Shown: positions 46,047 through 58,785 of the stretch, piece after piece
How the letters are laid out: each line of letters begins with the position of its first letter
How positions within the stretch are numbered: position 1 is the stretch's first letter
DNA from: Spirochaetaceae bacterium
GTDB lineage: Bacteria > Spirochaetota > Spirochaetia > B11-G9
Assembly: GCA_015493635.1 (NCBI GenBank)
Contig: WGCU01000026.1
Span: forward strand, 7,718-71,717
Length of the DNA stretch: 64,000 bases
Direction: 5' to 3'
Notes under the pieces: generated by a model
Seen by the model: the letters and a program-made list of their open reading frames with translations, nothing else
The model's database searches: none
Told to the model about the DNA's origin: nothing
Program-made: the position numbers and the translations under genes

Positions 46047-46430
46047 ATGGCTACATTATCAAAAGATGAGATTCTGGAAGCAATTGCAAACATGACGGTT
46101 CTTGAGGTATCGGAACTTATTTCAGCGATGGAAGAGAAGTTTGGCGTTACTGCTGCTGCTCCTGTTGCTGTGGCAGCTGCCGGAGCGGCACCTGCAGCTG
46201 AAGAGGTGGAAGAGCAGACTGAGTTTGATGTTATCCTGAAGGGGATTGCAGACGGGAAAAAGATTCCTGTTATCAAAGAAGTCCGGGCGATAACCGGTCT
46301 TGGTTTGAAAGAAGCAAAGGAAATTGTTGAAGCAGGCGGTAAGGCAATAAAAGAAGGTGTTTCCAAGGAAGAGGCAAAAACTCTTAAGGAAAAACTTGAA
46401 GCAGCCGGCGCAGTAGTTGAACTTAAATAG
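46047..46430 (+). CDS. rplL: 50S ribosomal protein L7/L12
   Basis: Ala-rich hinge plus C-terminal ...[42 protein letters not shown]. Confidence 0.95.
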   Translation: MATLSKDEILEAIANMTVLEVSELISAMEEKFGVTAAAPVAVAAAGAAPAAEEVEEQTEFDVILKGIADGKKIPVIKEVRAITGLGLKEAKEIVEAGGKAIKEGVSKEEAKTLKEKLEAAGAVVELK

Positions 46431-46467
46431 TGCTGTAAGGATTATTAATATCAAAAGACTCAATATG

Positions 46468-46490
46468 CCACCGGAATCTGGTTCCGGTGG
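46468..46490 (+). terminator. rplL-rpoB intergenic attenuator hairpin (9-bp stem CCACCGGAA/TTCCGGTGG) followed by T-rich tract
   Basis: Perfect inverted repeat 46468-46476 / 46482-46490, then TCTTCTGTATTTTCC. Equivalent position to the partial terminator between rplL and rpoB in other bacteria. Confidence 0.55.
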
Positions 46491-46610
46491 TCTTCTGTAT
46501 TTTCCGTGTATTCAGAACCAGTCAGATTGTTCTGAGTATGCGGAAAAATTATCAGCTACATATAATCATCATGAAACCATGGTGTTATCTTCTTTTTCAG
46601 GGGGTTGGTG

Positions 46611-49600
46611 ATGCTTGAAAGAGGCAAACCCACAAAGCGAACATATATAGGCCAGGAATTCCGAGAGGTTATGAATCTTCCTAATCTTATCGATATTCAG
46701 CTGCGGTCGTACGAAAAATTCCTTCAGCGGGAGAGGTTGAAGAGGGGTGAGGAGCTTCAGAAGCAGGGTTTGGAGGAAGTTTTCCAGGCTATTTTCCCGA
46801 TAGAAAGTCCTAATGGCGATATGATTCTAGAGTATATCAGGTATACTCTTGATGAATCCGGAATAAAACTTTCTGAGGTGGAATGTAAGCGGAAGGGTGT
46901 TTCTTATGCTGTCCCTGTAAAAGCGAGAGTAAATCTTGTATTTCAGGAAACGGGAGAAATAAGACAGAAAGATATCTATGTCGGTGACATACCGTTAATG
47001 ACCGATAGAGGTACCTTTATTATAAATGGTGCCGAGCGGGTTGTGGTTAGTCAGATTCACCGTTCACCGGGGGTTATTTTTTCTCATGAAAAAGGAGTGT
47101 ATTCCTCCCGCATTATTCCGTACCGCGGGTCATGGCTTGAATTTGAGATTGATCAGAAAAAAAATCTTATATATGCAAAGATAGATAGAAAAAAGAAAAT
47201 TCTCGGCACCCTTTTTCTACGGGCATTGGGATTTGATTCACGGGAAAAGATCATAAGCCTGTTTTATAAAACCAAAAAGGTAAAGATAGCTGATAATAGA
47301 AGAAGTAAAGAAAAACTTGTTGGTAAATTCCTTGCGAAACCGGTTTTTACCGTTGTTGATGATGAAGAAAAGAAGCTTTACAAGGCCGGTGATAAACTGC
47401 ATCCCCATGTTGTGGATGAACTTATACATTCCGGAGTGAAAGGGATTGAGATTATAGACAGTGATCATGATGAATCGCTGCATTCCCCCATGATAGTAAA
47501 CTGTTTTGAACGGGAAGAGGTAAAATTCCCTTCCATGGATGAAACCTCCGATGAGCCGACAAAAGAAGATGCTCTGACAGCTGTTTATTCCGTTCTTATG
47601 CCGGGGGAACCAATTACCCTGGAAAATGCGGAGAAAGATCTCAATTCGATGTTCTTCTCTTCCCGGCGGTATGAACTCGGACGGGTCGGCCGTTACAAAC
47701 TTAATAAACGTTTTGACTACAAGGAAGAGAATACCTCCCATGTATTAAGCAGGGAAGATGTTGTTAATACCATGAAATATCTTATTCGGGTCTACATCGG
47801 TGAAGCCAATGTTGATGATATTGACCATCTTGGAAACAGGCGTATCCGTTCTGTTGGAGAGCTTCTTGCAAATCAGTTGAAAACTGCTTTTACACGGATG
47901 GAACGGATAGCAAAAGAGCGTATGAGTCTGAAAGAGATGGACACCATAAAACCGCAGGATTTAATTTCCATAAAGCCGGTTATTGCCGCGGTAAAAGAGT
48001 TTTTCGGATCAAGCCAGCTCAGTCAGTTTATGGATCAGGTAAACCCGTTGGCGGAACTGACTCACAAGCGGCGGCTTAATGCACTCGGTCCGGGCGGACT
48101 TTCCAGAGACCGTGCCGGTTTTGAAGTCAGGGATGTTCATTATACTCATTACGGCCGTATGTGTCCGATTGAAACTCCTGAAGGTCCGAACATCGGTCTT
48201 ATTGTTTCTCTTGCAAACTATACCCGTGTTAATGAGTATGGTTTTCTTGAAACTCCTTACCGGAAGGTTGTGGATGGTAAAGTGCTTGATGAAGTTGAGT
48301 ATCTTTCTGCCATGGATGAGGAGAAATACTTTATAGCCCAGGCGAATGCGGCAATAACACCTGAAGGAAATTTTGTCGATGAGCTGGTGTCTGTCCGGAA
48401 AGCGGGGGATTATACAACGAGACCTCCGAAGGATATCCAGTATATGGATGTTTCACCGAAACAGGTTATCTCGGCTGCAACATCGCTTATCCCGTTTCTG
48501 GAACACGATGATGCCAACCGGGCGCTGATGGGGTCAAATATGCAGCGGCAGGCTGTCCCGCTTGTTTTTCCTGAGGCTCCGAGGGTCGGTACCGGTATGG
48601 AAGCGAAGGTTGCCTATGATTCCGGTGTACTTGTTAAAGCGGTACGGTCCGGAACTGTTGAGTATGTCACCTCGGTTAAGGTCATTATTGATCCTGATGA
48701 AAAAGAAAACGAGTATGACCGTGATGTCTATGAGCTGCAGAAATATCAGCGGACAAACCAGGATACTTGCTTTAATAACAAGCCTATTGTTGTTCTTGGA
48801 CAGCATCTGGAGGCGGGAGACGTTGTTGCAGACGGCCCGGCCACGAGTAAGGGAGAACTGTCCCTTGGACGGAATGTCCTTGTGGGATTTATCCCCTGGA
48901 ACGGATATAACTATGAAGATGCTATTCTTATTTCTGAAAAGGTTGTTAAAGAGGATATCTATACATCGGTTCATATAAAAGAATTTTCCATTGATATCCG
49001 GGAAACGAAACTTGGGCCGGAAAAACTGACCCGGGATATTCCGAATATAAACGAACGTGCTCTTGATCAGCTTGATGAAGAGGGTATTATCAGAATCGGT
49101 GCGAAAGTCGGTTCCGGATATATTCTTGTAGGAAAGGTTACTCCCAAGTCGGAAACTGAAACAACTCCTGAATTTAAGCTTCTTAACTCAATTTTCGGTG
49201 AAAAAGCCAAGGAAGTCCGTGATACGTCACTGAAGGTCCCTCATGGTACTGAAGGTACGGTTATTGATGTTCAGCGGCTGAAACGATCCGAGGGGGATGA
49301 TCTTTCTCCCGGTGTTGACGAAGTGGTGAAAGTTCTTGTTGCTACCAAGCGGAAACTCCGTGAGGGTGACAAGATGTCCGGACGTCATGGGAACAAGGGT
49401 GTTGTAGCCAGGATCCTTCCGGAAGAAGATATGCCTTTTATGGAGGATGGAACACCTCTTGATATCTGTTTGAATCCTCTGGGGGTTCCATCCCGGATGA
49501 ATATCGGTCAGCTGCTTGAAACTGAGCTTGGTCTTGCGGCAAGGGCTCTTGATGAATGGTATTCCACTCCGGTATTTCAGTCGGCAACGACCGAGATGAT

Positions 49601-50111
49601 AGAACAGAAACTTAAGGATTCAGGAATTCCTGTTTCCTCGAAGATGACACTCTACGATGGAAGAACCGGCAGACCCTTTGAAAATGAGGTTTTTGTCGGA
49701 TATGTATATATGCTTAAGCTTCATCATCTTGTTGATGACAAGATGCATGCACGTTCTACTGGTCCCTATTCTCTTGTTACCCAGCAGCCACTTGGCGGTA
49801 AAGCTCAGTTCGGCGGTCAGCGTCTTGGTGAAATGGAAGTATGGGCACTGGAAGCGTACGGTGCTGCAAATACGCTGCAGGAACTGTTGACAATTAAATC
49901 TGATGATATGAACGGCCGGGCCAAAATATATGAAAGTATAGTAAAGGGAGAACCGTCTACAAGTGCCGGTGTGCCTGAATCTTTCAATGTTCTTGTGCAG
50001 GAGCTGCGGGGGCTTGCCCTGGATATGTCTATCTATGACTCAAAAGGGGAAAGGGTGCCGCTTACGGAACGGGATGAAGAGTTAATCAACCGTCAGGGCG
50101 CACAGTTCTAA
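46611..50111 (+). CDS. rpoB: DNA-directed RNA polymerase subunit beta
   Basis: 1166 aa with conserved rpoB blocks throughout. ATG at 46611 (MLERGKPT...) behind RBS GGGGG. Confidence 0.95.
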   Translation: MLERGKPTKRTYIGQEFREVMNLPNLIDIQLRSYEKFLQRERLKRGEELQKQGLEEVFQAIFPIESPNGDMILEYIRYTLDESGIKLSEVECKRKGVSYAVPVKARVNLVFQETGEIRQKDIYVGDIPLMTDRGTFIINGAERVVVSQIHRSPGVIFSHEKGVYSSRIIPYRGSWLEFEIDQKKNLIYAKIDRKKKILGTLFLRALGFDSREKIISLFYKTKKVKIADNRRSKEKLVGKFLAKPVFTVVDDEEKKLYKAGDKLHPHVVDELIHSGVKGIEIIDSDHDESLHSPMIVNCFEREEVKFPSMDETSDEPTKEDALTAVYSVLMPGEPITLENAEKDLNSMFFSSRRYELGRVGRYKLNKRFDYKEENTSHVLSREDVVNTMKYLIRVYIGEANVDDIDHLGNRRIRSVGELLANQLKTAFTRMERIAKERMSLKEMDTIKPQDLISIKPVIAAVKEFFGSSQLSQFMDQVNPLAELTHKRRLNALGPGGLSRDRAGFEVRDVHYTHYGRMCPIETPEGPNIGLIVSLANYTRVNEYGFLETPYRKVVDGKVLDEVEYLSAMDEEKYFIAQANAAITPEGNFVDELVSVRKAGDYTTRPPKDIQYMDVSPKQVISAATSLIPFLEHDDANRALMGSNMQRQAVPLVFPEAPRVGTGMEAKVAYDSGVLVKAVRSGTVEYVTSVKVIIDPDEKENEYDRDVYELQKYQRTNQDTCFNNKPIVVLGQHLEAGDVVADGPATSKGELSLGRNVLVGFIPWNGYNYEDAILISEKVVKEDIYTSVHIKEFSIDIRETKLGPEKLTRDIPNINERALDQLDEEGIIRIGAKVGSGYILVGKVTPKSETETTPEFKLLNSIFGEKAKEVRDTSLKVPHGTEGTVIDVQRLKRSEGDDLSPGVDEVVKVLVATKRKLREGDKMSGRHGNKGVVARILPEEDMPFMEDGTPLDICLNPLGVPSRMNIGQLLETELGLAARALDEWYSTPVFQSATTEMIEQKLKDSGIPVSSKMTLYDGRTGRPFENEVFVGYVYMLKLHHLVDDKMHARSTGPYSLVTQQPLGGKAQFGGQRLGEMEVWALEAYGAANTLQELLTIKSDDMNGRAKIYESIVKGEPSTSAGVPESFNVLVQELRGLALDMSIYDSKGERVPLTERDEELINRQGAQF

Positions 50112-50124
50112 GAGGGAGTAAGTA

Positions 50125-53100
50125 ATGCGGGATATAAAAGAATTTGATAAAATAATGATTAAACTCGCTTCTCCGGAGCAGATCAGGGCATGGTCGTACG
50201 GAGAGGTTAAAAAACCGGAAACAATTAATTACAGAACGCTGCGGCCGGAACGGGACGGGCTGTTCTGTGAGCGAATTTTTGGAACAACGAAAGAATGGGA
50301 ATGCTACTGCGGAAAGTTTAAGTCCATCCGCTATAAAGGGGTAATTTGTGACCGCTGCGGAGTCGAGGTTACCCATTTCAAGGTCCGCCGGGAACGGATG
50401 GGGCATATAGAGCTTGCTGCTCCGGTATCTCATATATGGTACTACCGTTCAGTTCCTTCCCGGATGGGTCTCCTTCTTAACTTGAGCATAGCAGCTCTCA
50501 GATCAATATTGTACTACGAAAAATATGTGGTTACAGAACCGGGAGATACAGATCTTAAAAAGATGGAGCTCCTTTCTGAAGAAGAGTATTTTGAAGCCCG
50601 AGAACGGTACGGTATGGGTTTTAGTGCCGGTATCGGGGCTGAGGCTGTTCGTAACCTGCTTGAAAATCTGGATCTTGACGCTCTTTCAGCTGAACTCAGA
50701 TTAAAAATGATTGAAAAAGGGGCAAAAACTGATAAGCGCCTCTTGAAACGGATTGAGATAGTTGAGAATTTCAGGGATTCTGAGAATAAACCGGAATGGA
50801 TGATCCTGGATGTGATCCCTGTTATCCCTCCTGAGCTCCGCCCCATGGTGCAGCTTGACGGCGGGCGGTTTGCCACTTCCGATTTAAATGATCTCTACCG
50901 AAGAGTTATCAACAGGAATAACCGTCTTAAGCGGCTCATGACTCTCAATGCACCTGATATAATTATCCGGAATGAGAAGCGGATGCTTCAAGAAGCTGTT
51001 GACGCCCTTTTTGATAACTCCAAGAAGAAGAGGGTTGTCAAGGGTGCTTCAAACAGACCTTTGAAATCACTTTCAGATATGCTTAAAGGAAAACAGGGAC
51101 GTTTCAGACAGAATCTACTGGGGAAAAGGGTCGATTATTCAGGACGTTCTGTTATTGTTGTCGGTCCTGAGCTAAGGCTCCACCAATGCGGTCTTCCTGC
51201 CAAGATGGCTCTGGAACTGTACAAGCCTTTTATAATGCGAAAGCTGGTCGAGAATGATGTTGTCTACAATATTAAAAAAGCAAAGACCCTTGTTGAGCAG
51301 GAAACCCAGGAAGTCTGGTCCGTTCTTGACGAGGTTGTTAAGGAGCATCCTGTTATGTTGAACAGGGCACCGACGCTGCACCGTCTTGGTATACAGGCAT
51401 TTGAACCTGTTCTCGTTCAAGGGAAAGCGATAAAACTGCATCCTCTTGTCTGTCACGCGTACAATGCTGACTTTGACGGTGATCAGATGGCTATTCATGT
51501 CCCTTTGACCCAGGCGGCACAGATAGAGTGCTGGACATTGATGCTCTCTGTTAATAATCTTCTTAATCCCGCCAACGGCAGCCCGGTTGTGTTTCCGTCT
51601 CAGGATATGGTTCTCGGAATCAACTATCTGACCAAGATAAAAGAGGGGAGTCCCGGTGAGGGGAAGTATTTCTCTGATTTGGATGAAGTAATTCTTGCGC
51701 GGGATTACGGTTCAGTTGCATACAGTTCAAAGATACGGATTAAAATGAACGGAGAGGTTATCGAGACGACACCGGGACGGCTCCTTTTTAATGAAGTTAT
51801 GCCTGAAGAGGTTGCTTTCATTAATAAACCCCTTGGTGATAAGGAACTCCGTACGCTTGTGGCGGACACGTATTCAAAATTCGGCCCTGCTGTTGCCGTA
51901 AAGATGCTTGATTCCATTAAAGATATCGGGTTTAAATATGCAACCCTCTTTGGTGCTACTATTGGTGTAAATGATATTGTTATTCCAAAAGTAAAAAAGA
52001 AGATGATTGAAGCGGCCAATGAGGAAGTGAAAGAAATCCAGACACAGTACATACAGGGACATATTACGCAGGATGAACGCTACAACCGTGTTGTTGAGGT
52101 ATGGAGTCAGACGAATGAAGACCTTACCAACGAACTTATGGATTTCCTTAAAAAGGCAGATAACGGATTTAACCCTGTATACATGATGGCTGATTCCGGT
52201 GCACGGGGAAGCAGAACCCAGATCAGGCAGCTTGCGGGGATGCGGGGTCTTATGGCCAAACCATCCGGTGACATTATTGAGCTTCCGATACGGTCGAACT
52301 TTAAAGAGGGCCTGTCTATTATCGAGTTCTTTATCTCGACTAACGGTGCCCGGAAGGGACTTGCTGATACGGCTCTTAAAACTGCTGATGCCGGATACCT
52401 TACCCGGCGGCTTGTGGATATCGCGCAGGATATGGTCGTAAATATTGATGACTGCGGCACGATAAACGGTATTGAAATTAGTGCGCTGAAAGATGGAGAG
52501 GATATTGTTGAATCCTTGAGTGACCGTATTGTCGGCCGTTTTACTCTTGAACGGGTTAAGCATCCCATTACTGGAAATATTATAATAGATGTCAACGAAG
52601 AAATTACGGACGATATAGCAAAAGAAATCGAGAATGTAGGGGTAGAGAAGGTAAAGATACGGACAGTACTTACCTGTGAAGCGGAACATGGAGTGTGCCG
52701 GAAGTGCTATGGGAGAAACCTCGCAAATCACAAAACGGTTGATATAGGAGAAGCGGTAGGAATTATTGCGGCTCAGTCTATCGGCCAACCGGGGACACAG
52801 CTGACCATGCGGACGTTCCATATCGGCGGAGCGGCTACAAAGGTCAGTGAAGAGAATAAAACGAAGCTGTCGTATCCTGTTCTGATAAAGGAAATAACCG
52901 GAAATACTGTTACTCTTGATAACGGGGACGTTCTCTTTACGAGAAAAGGGTTTCTCACGGTTGCACGGGTTATCCGCACGGTGCCTGTTGAAAAAGGTTA
53001 TACAATTAAGGTATCAAATGGTCAAAAAGTTACCGGCGGTGAGGTTCTTATGTCCAAAGGGAAGGATGAAGTAAAAACGGAAGAGATAGCTTTTGTGCAT

Positions 53101-54345
53101 CTTTCCGCTGACGCCATTGTTCTCGTTGCCCAGGATCAGCATCTTGATATCCGGAACGGCGCTCAACTCCATGTTGAGTTAGGTGATATTGTTCCTGCTG
53201 ATGAAGCTATTACAACCTTCGACCCTTTTTCAGAACCCATACTGGCAGAAACAGACGGTATTGTCAGATTTGAAGACATTGTTCTCGGAACGACACTGAA
53301 AGAAGAAATAAATGAAGATACAGGTATCATAGAGAAGAAAATAACAGAAATATCCCTCGAAACGCTTCAGCCGCGGATTCTGCTTGTAGATGAAGAGGGA
53401 AAGGAAATTGCAACCTACTTTCTGCCCGGTTCATCATATCTTAATGTTGAAGATGGAGAGAGTGTGAGACGTGGAAAGACTCTTGCCAAACTTCTGAAAG
53501 AATCGGTTAAGACAAGCGATATAACCGGAGGTCTTCCCCGTGTTGGTGAGTTGTTTGAAGCCCGTCGTCCGAAAAACCTGACAGTTTTGTCAAAAATAAG
53601 CGGAACTGTTGCTTTTAAGAATATTGTTAAAGGCAAGCGGGTCATCATGGTTGTAGACGATTACGGGAATGAGTACAAGCATCTTGTCCCCATCGGGAAA
53701 CATCTTCTTGTTCGGGATGGTGACCTTGTTATGGCTGGTGAGCCGCTGTGTGATGGAAGTACGGATCCTCATGATATTCTTGATATTCTCGGTGAAAATG
53801 CGCTTCAGTCATTTCTTGTTAATGAGGTGCAGGAAGTATATCGGCTTCAGGGTGTTAATATCAATGATAAGCATATTGGAGCTATAGTGCGTCAAATGAT
53901 GCGGAAAGTTGAGATTGTACAGGTTGGAGATACCGGATTTATTTACGGTCAGCAGATAGATAAGTACAAGTTTCACGAGGAAAACAGAAAAGTACTGCGG
54001 GAAGGGGGAGAACCAGCTGTTGCGAAACCGCTCCTTCTCGGTATTACAAGAGCTTCCTTAAATATTGATTCGTTTATATCAGCCGCTTCTTTCCAGGAGA
54101 CGACAAAGGTCTTGACAAATGCCGCTATAGCTGGTAGTACTGACGAACTGCGTGGTTTGAAGGAAAACGTTATTATCGGTCATCTTATTCCGGCGGGTAC
54201 CGGAATGCGGGAGTATCGTAATATAAAGCTGTACGACGAGAATAACGAAGATCTTGATGTAACGATACATAATATTCTGGAAGCACGGAAATTGGAAAAA
54301 ACATCTGAGGATGAATCTCAGGAAAGTGAAGAAGTTCATGAGTAA
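50125..54345 (+). CDS. rpoC: DNA-directed RNA polymerase subunit beta'
   Basis: 1406 aa. Zn-finger [23 protein letters not shown] and the catalytic NADFDGD motif. Confidence 0.95.
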   Translation: MRDIKEFDKIMIKLASPEQIRAWSYGEVKKPETINYRTLRPERDGLFCERIFGTTKEWECYCGKFKSIRYKGVICDRCGVEVTHFKVRRERMGHIELAAPVSHIWYYRSVPSRMGLLLNLSIAALRSILYYEKYVVTEPGDTDLKKMELLSEEEYFEARERYGMGFSAGIGAEAVRNLLENLDLDALSAELRLKMIEKGAKTDKRLLKRIEIVENFRDSENKPEWMILDVIPVIPPELRPMVQLDGGRFATSDLNDLYRRVINRNNRLKRLMTLNAPDIIIRNEKRMLQEAVDALFDNSKKKRVVKGASNRPLKSLSDMLKGKQGRFRQNLLGKRVDYSGRSVIVVGPELRLHQCGLPAKMALELYKPFIMRKLVENDVVYNIKKAKTLVEQETQEVWSVLDEVVKEHPVMLNRAPTLHRLGIQAFEPVLVQGKAIKLHPLVCHAYNADFDGDQMAIHVPLTQAAQIECWTLMLSVNNLLNPANGSPVVFPSQDMVLGINYLTKIKEGSPGEGKYFSDLDEVILARDYGSVAYSSKIRIKMNGEVIETTPGRLLFNEVMPEEVAFINKPLGDKELRTLVADTYSKFGPAVAVKMLDSIKDIGFKYATLFGATIGVNDIVIPKVKKKMIEAANEEVKEIQTQYIQGHITQDERYNRVVEVWSQTNEDLTNELMDFLKKADNGFNPVYMMADSGARGSRTQIRQLAGMRGLMAKPSGDIIELPIRSNFKEGLSIIEFFISTNGARKGLADTALKTADAGYLTRRLVDIAQDMVVNIDDCGTINGIEISALKDGEDIVESLSDRIVGRFTLERVKHPITGNIIIDVNEEITDDIAKEIENVGVEKVKIRTVLTCEAEHGVCRKCYGRNLANHKTVDIGEAVGIIAAQSIGQPGTQLTMRTFHIGGAATKVSEENKTKLSYPVLIKEITGNTVTLDNGDVLFTRKGFLTVARVIRTVPVEKGYTIKVSNGQKVTGGEVLMSKGKDEVKTEEIAFVHLSADAIVLVAQDQHLDIRNGAQLHVELGDIVPADEAITTFDPFSEPILAETDGIVRFEDIVLGTTLKEEINEDTGIIEKKITEISLETLQPRILLVDEEGKEIATYFLPGSSYLNVEDGESVRRGKTLAKLLKESVKTSDITGGLPRVGELFEARRPKNLTVLSKISGTVAFKNIVKGKRVIMVVDDYGNEYKHLVPIGKHLLVRDGDLVMAGEPLCDGSTDPHDILDILGENALQSFLVNEVQEVYRLQGVNINDKHIGAIVRQMMRKVEIVQVGDTGFIYGQQIDKYKFHEENRKVLREGGEPAVAKPLLLGITRASLNIDSFISAASFQETTKVLTNAAIAGSTDELRGLKENVIIGHLIPAGTGMREYRNIKLYDENNEDLDVTIHNILEARKLEKTSEDESQESEEVHE

Positions 54346-54403
54346 AAGAGGTTTTATGCTGACTCTGGATGTGCATATTAATATAAGGGAGAGTATCGGA
54401 TAG

Positions 54404-54778
54404 ATGCCAACGATAAATCAGTTAATTAGAAAAGGACGCAAGTCAATAACTAAAAAAACGAAGGCTCCGGCCCTTGATTCGTGTCCTCAGAAACGGGGAG
54501 TTTGTACGAGAGTGATGACAGTTACTCCTAAAAAACCGAATTCAGCTTTACGTAAAGTTGCCCGTGTTCGTCTTACAAACGGGATTGAGGTGACTGCGTA
54601 TATTCCCGGAATAGGGCATAACCTTCAGGAACACTCAGTTGTTCTGCTTCGAGGTGGAAGGATAAAGGATCTTCCGGGTGTCAGGTATCATATTGTCAGG
54701 GGTGCTAAAGATACCCTTGGTGTTGATGACCGGAAAAACGGTAGATCAAAATACGGCGCAAAGAAGCCGAGAGCGTAG
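54404..54778 (+). CDS. rpsL: 30S ribosomal protein S12
   Basis: [13 protein letters not shown]...[19 protein letters not shown]. Confidence 0.95.
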   Translation: MPTINQLIRKGRKSITKKTKAPALDSCPQKRGVCTRVMTVTPKKPNSALRKVARVRLTNGIEVTAYIPGIGHNLQEHSVVLLRGGRIKDLPGVRYHIVRGAKDTLGVDDRKNGRSKYGAKKPRA

Positions 54779-54788
54779 GGGGAGAGTA

Positions 54789-55259
54789 ATGGCACGGAGA
54801 AAAGTTGCACCAGTTAGGGAAGTATTACCCGATCCACGTTTTAACAGTACTGTTGTTTCAAAGTTTATCAGCAGGATGATGGTGGATGGAAAAAGATCTG
54901 TAAGCTCCAGAGCACTGTACGGTGCCATGGATATAATCAAGAGTAAAGGCAATGATAATCCCCTTGAAGTGTTTTTAAAAGCTCTTGAAAATGTAAAACC
55001 GGCGGTTGAGGTAAAATCCAGAAGAGTTGGCGGATCAACCTATCAGGTCCCCGTTGAAATAAGGGAGAAAAGAAGAGACGCACTGTCAATGCGGTGGTTA
55101 ATTCAATCTGCTCGTAGTAGAAATGGGAAATCAATGAGTGAAAAGCTTGCTGCGGAGTTCCTGGATGCGTTTAATTCCACAGGAGCAGCATTTAAAAAGA
55201 AAGAAGACACCCATAGAATGGCAGAGGCTAACAAGGCATTCTCTCACTATAGGTGGTAA
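54789..55259 (+). CDS. rpsG: 30S ribosomal protein S7
   Basis: [20 protein letters not shown]... Start set at the internal ATG with RBS GGGGGAGAG. The longer track ORF overlaps rpsL. Confidence 0.9.
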   Translation: MARRKVAPVREVLPDPRFNSTVVSKFISRMMVDGKRSVSSRALYGAMDIIKSKGNDNPLEVFLKALENVKPAVEVKSRRVGGSTYQVPVEIREKRRDALSMRWLIQSARSRNGKSMSEKLAAEFLDAFNSTGAAFKKKEDTHRMAEANKAFSHYRW

Positions 55260-55285
55260 AAAGAGTCGAGGCCGGGGATTTCCCC

Positions 55286-55314
55286 TTGACTAAATGATAG
55301 TATTTACGTACTAT
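55286..55314 (+). promoter_or_regulatory. sigma70-like promoter TTGACT-N17-TACTAT in the rpsG-tuf gap
   Basis: -35 at 55286-55291 and -10 at 55309-55314, 27 nt after the rpsG stop. A second candidate TTGACC-N16-TAGAAT lies at 55464-55491. Confidence 0.4.
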
Positions 55315-55532
55315 GCACGCACGGTTCGGCTGACAGGTTCAGCCGGCTGGGTTTGTTGACCAAACCGATCGTCCTTTGTGCTGTTCAAAGCGGGGATGGT
55401 AAGGTGGTTTTGAGTTGCTGTTGAAAAAAGCAGCCATGTCGAACCTGCACAAAGTGCCGGGATTTGACCTCTGGACCTTCTTATCTAGAATCTCTTCGTT
55501 TTTAGAAAAATACCAGAGGATACATGTATGTT

Positions 55533-55553
55533 AACGGCTGTAAGCCGTTTTTT
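55533..55553 (+). terminator. intrinsic-terminator-like hairpin (AACGGC-TGTAA-GCCGTT + TTTTTT) ~45 nt upstream of tuf
   Basis: 6-bp stem, 5-nt loop and U-tract at 55533-55553. It lies in the leader between candidate promoters and the tuf RBS (AAGGAGG at 55588-55594). Confidence 0.45.
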
Positions 55554-55599
55554 ATAACTTAGCTTGAAAAATAATTGTGAATTTCACAAGGAGGAAGTG

Positions 55600-56790
55600 A
55601 TGGCTAAAGAGAAGTTTGAGAGAACTAAGCCACATATTAATGTAGGAACGATTGGTCATGTAGACCATGGTAAGACAACGCTTACTGCCGCAATAACCAT
55701 GTATTGTGCTAAGCAGAATGGTGATAAGGTTATGTCCTATGAGGATATTGATAATGCCCCGGAAGAAAAAGAAAGAGGTATTACAATTAATACTCGTCAT
55801 GTTGAGTATCAGACAGCTAATCGGCATTATGCACATGTTGACTGTCCCGGACATGCTGACTATATCAAAAACATGATTACCGGTGCAGCCCAGATGGACG
55901 GTGCTATTATAGTTGTTGCCGCGACTGATGGTGCTATGGCACAGACGAAAGAACATATACTGCTGGCACGGCAGGTTGGTGTTCCTGCACTTATTGTTTT
56001 TATTAACAAAATTGATCAGGTTGATGATCCTGATCTTATTGAACTTGTAGAAGAGGAGATGAAAGATCTTCTTAACGAGTATGGTTTTCCTGGAGACGAA
56101 ATTCCGATGATAAAGGGATCTGCGTTTGAAGCTATGGAAAATCCTGATGATGCAGAAAAAACAAAGTGTATTGCAGATCTTCTTGATGCGATGGATTCTT
56201 ATTTCCCTCTTCCCAAGAGAGATGTTGATAAGCCGTTTCTGATGCCTATTGAGGACATTTTTTCAATTCAGGGCCGTGGTACTGTTGTAACAGGTAGAAT
56301 TGAACGCGGAGTTGTTCATGTTGGTGATCCTGTGGAAATCGTCGGAATCAGAGAAACTGCAAAAACTACCTGTACCGGTGTGGAGATGTTTAACAAGCTT
56401 CTTGATGAAGGGCAGGCGGGAGATAATATCGGAGCACTCTTGAGGGGTACTGATAAGAAAGAGGTAGTCCGTGGACAGGTTCTTGCAAAACCAGGTTCAA
56501 TTACACCGCACATGAAGTTTACCGGGACAGTTTATGTACTGAGTAAAGATGAAGGCGGGCGGCATTCTCCCTTCTTTTCAGGTTATAGACCTCAGTTTTA
56601 CTTTAGAACAACAGATATTACTGGTACTGTTACACTTCCTGAAGATAAGCAGATGGTTATGCCTGGAGACAATACTGAAATCAAGGTTGAACTTATCCAC
56701 CCCATAGCAATGGAAAAAGGATTGAGATTCGCTATCCGGGAAGGTGGCAGAACGGTAGCAAGTGGTCAGGTGACTGAGATAGAAGCTTAA
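55600..56790 (+). CDS. tuf: elongation factor Tu
   Basis: [28 protein letters not shown]... Start at the internal ATG with RBS AAGGAGG. Confidence 0.95.
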   Translation: MAKEKFERTKPHINVGTIGHVDHGKTTLTAAITMYCAKQNGDKVMSYEDIDNAPEEKERGITINTRHVEYQTANRHYAHVDCPGHADYIKNMITGAAQMDGAIIVVAATDGAMAQTKEHILLARQVGVPALIVFINKIDQVDDPDLIELVEEEMKDLLNEYGFPGDEIPMIKGSAFEAMENPDDAEKTKCIADLLDAMDSYFPLPKRDVDKPFLMPIEDIFSIQGRGTVVTGRIERGVVHVGDPVEIVGIRETAKTTCTGVEMFNKLLDEGQAGDNIGALLRGTDKKEVVRGQVLAKPGSITPHMKFTGTVYVLSKDEGGRHSPFFSGYRPQFYFRTTDITGTVTLPEDKQMVMPGDNTEIKVELIHPIAMEKGLRFAIREGGRTVASGQVTEIEA

Positions 56791-56847
56791 GTTAATAATA
56801 AATCCCGCATAGTTTTACCTGTGCGGGATTGGATTTTTGGAGGAACG

Positions 56848-57156
56848 ATGGCCAAGGATAGAATCCGCGTAAGGCTGAGAGGATTTGATGTTGAGCTTAT
56901 AGATCAGAGCTCACAGGCAATTGTACAGACTGTAGTTAAAGCGGGGGCAAAGGTAGCCGGTCCGGTTCCTTTACCAACGAGAATTAATAAATATACAGTG
57001 CTTAAGTCGCCCTTTGTTAATAAGAAGTCTCGGGAACAGTTTGAGATGAGAACACATAAACGATTGATTGATATTCTTGAACCTACATCAAAAGTAATGG
57101 ATGCGCTGATGAAACTTGAACTTCCAGCCGGTGTAGACGTAGAGATTAAACAGTAA
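56848..57156 (+). CDS. rpsJ: 30S ribosomal protein S10
   Basis: [21 protein letters not shown]... Confidence 0.95.
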   Translation: MAKDRIRVRLRGFDVELIDQSSQAIVQTVVKAGAKVAGPVPLPTRINKYTVLKSPFVNKKSREQFEMRTHKRLIDILEPTSKVMDALMKLELPAGVDVEIKQ

Positions 57157-57184
57157 AGAATATTAAAACTAGTTGAGGTATGAG

Positions 57185-57802
57185 ATGTTGGGGCTGATTG
57201 GCAAAAAAGTCGGGATGACGCAGATATTTGATGAGCGCGGAGTTTTAACTCCGGTTACCGTTATCAAGTTTGAAGAAAATGTTGTTGTTGCTGACAGGAA
57301 TGAAGAAAAGAACGGTTATAATGCTGCGGTAATTGGTTCTGTAGATAGAAAGAAGAAGCATGTAAGTAAACCGTACGGCGGTCAATTTGGAGAGCTTGCT
57401 CCTAAAAAATATCTGAAAGAGATGCGTGATTTTGATGAGAGCGTTTCTGTTGGGGATGTTCTAGGTGTGAGTTTGTTTAAAGACTATGCTTTTGTAGATA
57501 TAGAAGGTACTTCCAAAGGTAAAGGATATCAGGGTGTAATGAAGCGCCACGGTTTTGGAGGCGGAAGAAGTACTCACGGTTCAAAATTCCATCGAGGATT
57601 GGGTGGTACTGGAATGGCAGCTACTCCTTCGAAGGTTCAGAAGGGGAGAAAGATGCCTGGTCGAATGGGTGGTGTAAAAACCTCTGTTCAGAATCTTAGA
57701 ATCGTGAAGATAGATGAAGAAAAGCAAGTTCTTATGGTCAAAGGTGCAATTCCCGGTCCCCGGGAAGGTATGGTGATCGTAAAGAAAGCGAAAAAGAAGT
57801 AG
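57185..57802 (+). CDS. rplC: 50S ribosomal protein L3
   Basis: [17 protein letters not shown]... Confidence 0.95.
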   Translation: MLGLIGKKVGMTQIFDERGVLTPVTVIKFEENVVVADRNEEKNGYNAAVIGSVDRKKKHVSKPYGGQFGELAPKKYLKEMRDFDESVSVGDVLGVSLFKDYAFVDIEGTSKGKGYQGVMKRHGFGGGRSTHGSKFHRGLGGTGMAATPSKVQKGRKMPGRMGGVKTSVQNLRIVKIDEEKQVLMVKGAIPGPREGMVIVKKAKKK

Positions 57803-57812
57803 AGGCAGAAAG

Positions 57813-58454
57813 ATGGATATAAAAATCTTTTCAGTCGATGGCAAAGAAAAGAGCAGTGTAACTCTTGATGAAGGTGTGTTTAGTAGAGAAGTAAGTGAAG
57901 GTACGATTTATTATGCGATAAATAATGAACTTGCTAATCGGCGGACAGGTACGGCTTCTACGAAAACACGTGGTGAAGTGAGAGGGAGTAATGCAAAGCC
58001 ATGGCGGCAGAAAGGCACTGGTAATGCTCGTTCGGGAGATAAGAAGTCTCCTGTCTGGGTCGGCGGAGGTACAATTTTTGGGCCAAAGCCGAGGGATTAC
58101 AGTTATAAGATGCCCCGGAAAATGAAACGGCTGGCTATGAAATCTATACTGTCCCTTAAGGTGAAAGATGATTCGGTAAAGGTGGTAGAAGATTTTACCG
58201 TAGATAGCGGGAAAACGCGGGATCTTGTTAAAATCCTGGAAAACCTTTCGGGAAAAGAGAAAACAGTACTTGTATTGAAAGATGATGACAAGATGCTGAG
58301 AAGAGCCGGAAAGAATATTCCCTGGCTGCGCATGTTGACGTATGATAAATTAAGTGCTCACGCGTTGTTTTATGGAAAGAAAATTGTTCTGCTTGAATCA
58401 GCAGTGAAAAAGCTGAATGATTTTTATAGCGATAAACAGGGAGAAAGTAAATGA
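57813..58454 (+). CDS. rplD: 50S ribosomal protein L4
   Basis: Family pattern, order in the S10 operon. Confidence 0.95.
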   Translation: MDIKIFSVDGKEKSSVTLDEGVFSREVSEGTIYYAINNELANRRTGTASTKTRGEVRGSNAKPWRQKGTGNARSGDKKSPVWVGGGTIFGPKPRDYSYKMPRKMKRLAMKSILSLKVKDDSVKVVEDFTVDSGKTRDLVKILENLSGKEKTVLVLKDDDKMLRRAGKNIPWLRMLTYDKLSAHALFYGKKIVLLESAVKKLNDFYSDKQGESK

Positions 58455-58753
58455 GAGCTGATAGAGTTATAATTGAACCTGTTTTAACTGAGAAAACAAA
58501 CGGTATGCGGGGTGGTGACTACAATAAGTATACGTTTAAAGTAGATCCGCGTTCTAATAAGATGCAGATCATGCAGGCTGTCAAAGAGCTTTTTAAGGTA
58601 AAGCCGTTAAAATGTAATATTGTAACAGTCAAAGCAAAACCCCGTTCGTCACGAACAAAATCAGGAATGAGAGCGGGAAATACTGCTCCCTGGAAAAAAG
58701 CGATTGTAACCTTGAGCAAAGGTGAAACAATCGAAGCAATAGAGGGAGTTTAA
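58451..58753 (+). CDS. rplW: 50S ribosomal protein L23
   Basis: Order and pattern. Confidence 0.95.
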   Translation: MRADRVIIEPVLTEKTNGMRGGDYNKYTFKVDPRSNKMQIMQAVKELFKVKPLKCNIVTVKAKPRSSRTKSGMRAGNTAPWKKAIVTLSKGETIEAIEGV

Positions 58754-58785
58754 CCACAGGTGCTGGTTGAGCGAGGAGTAGATAC

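Noticed and set aside
47238-54339. Numerous 60-315 aa antisense ORFs inside rpoB/rpoC (e.g. 51874..52821, 52107..52595)
   Set aside because: They are antisense to universally conserved polymerase genes. This is typical long-ORF noise in large genes.
54678-54788. Long S7 ORF starting inside rpsL (54678)
   Set aside because: The canonical S7 N-terminus MARRKVAP begins at the internal ATG 54789 behind a GGGGGAGAG RBS. The upstream 37 codons are the alternative frame of the rpsL 3' end.
55260-55599. Possibility that fusA was deleted or that the gap is an assembly artefact
   Set aside because: Spirochete genomes characteristically place tuf directly upstream of rpsJ, with fusA elsewhere. The gap has coherent promoter and terminator signals and clean flanking gene ends.
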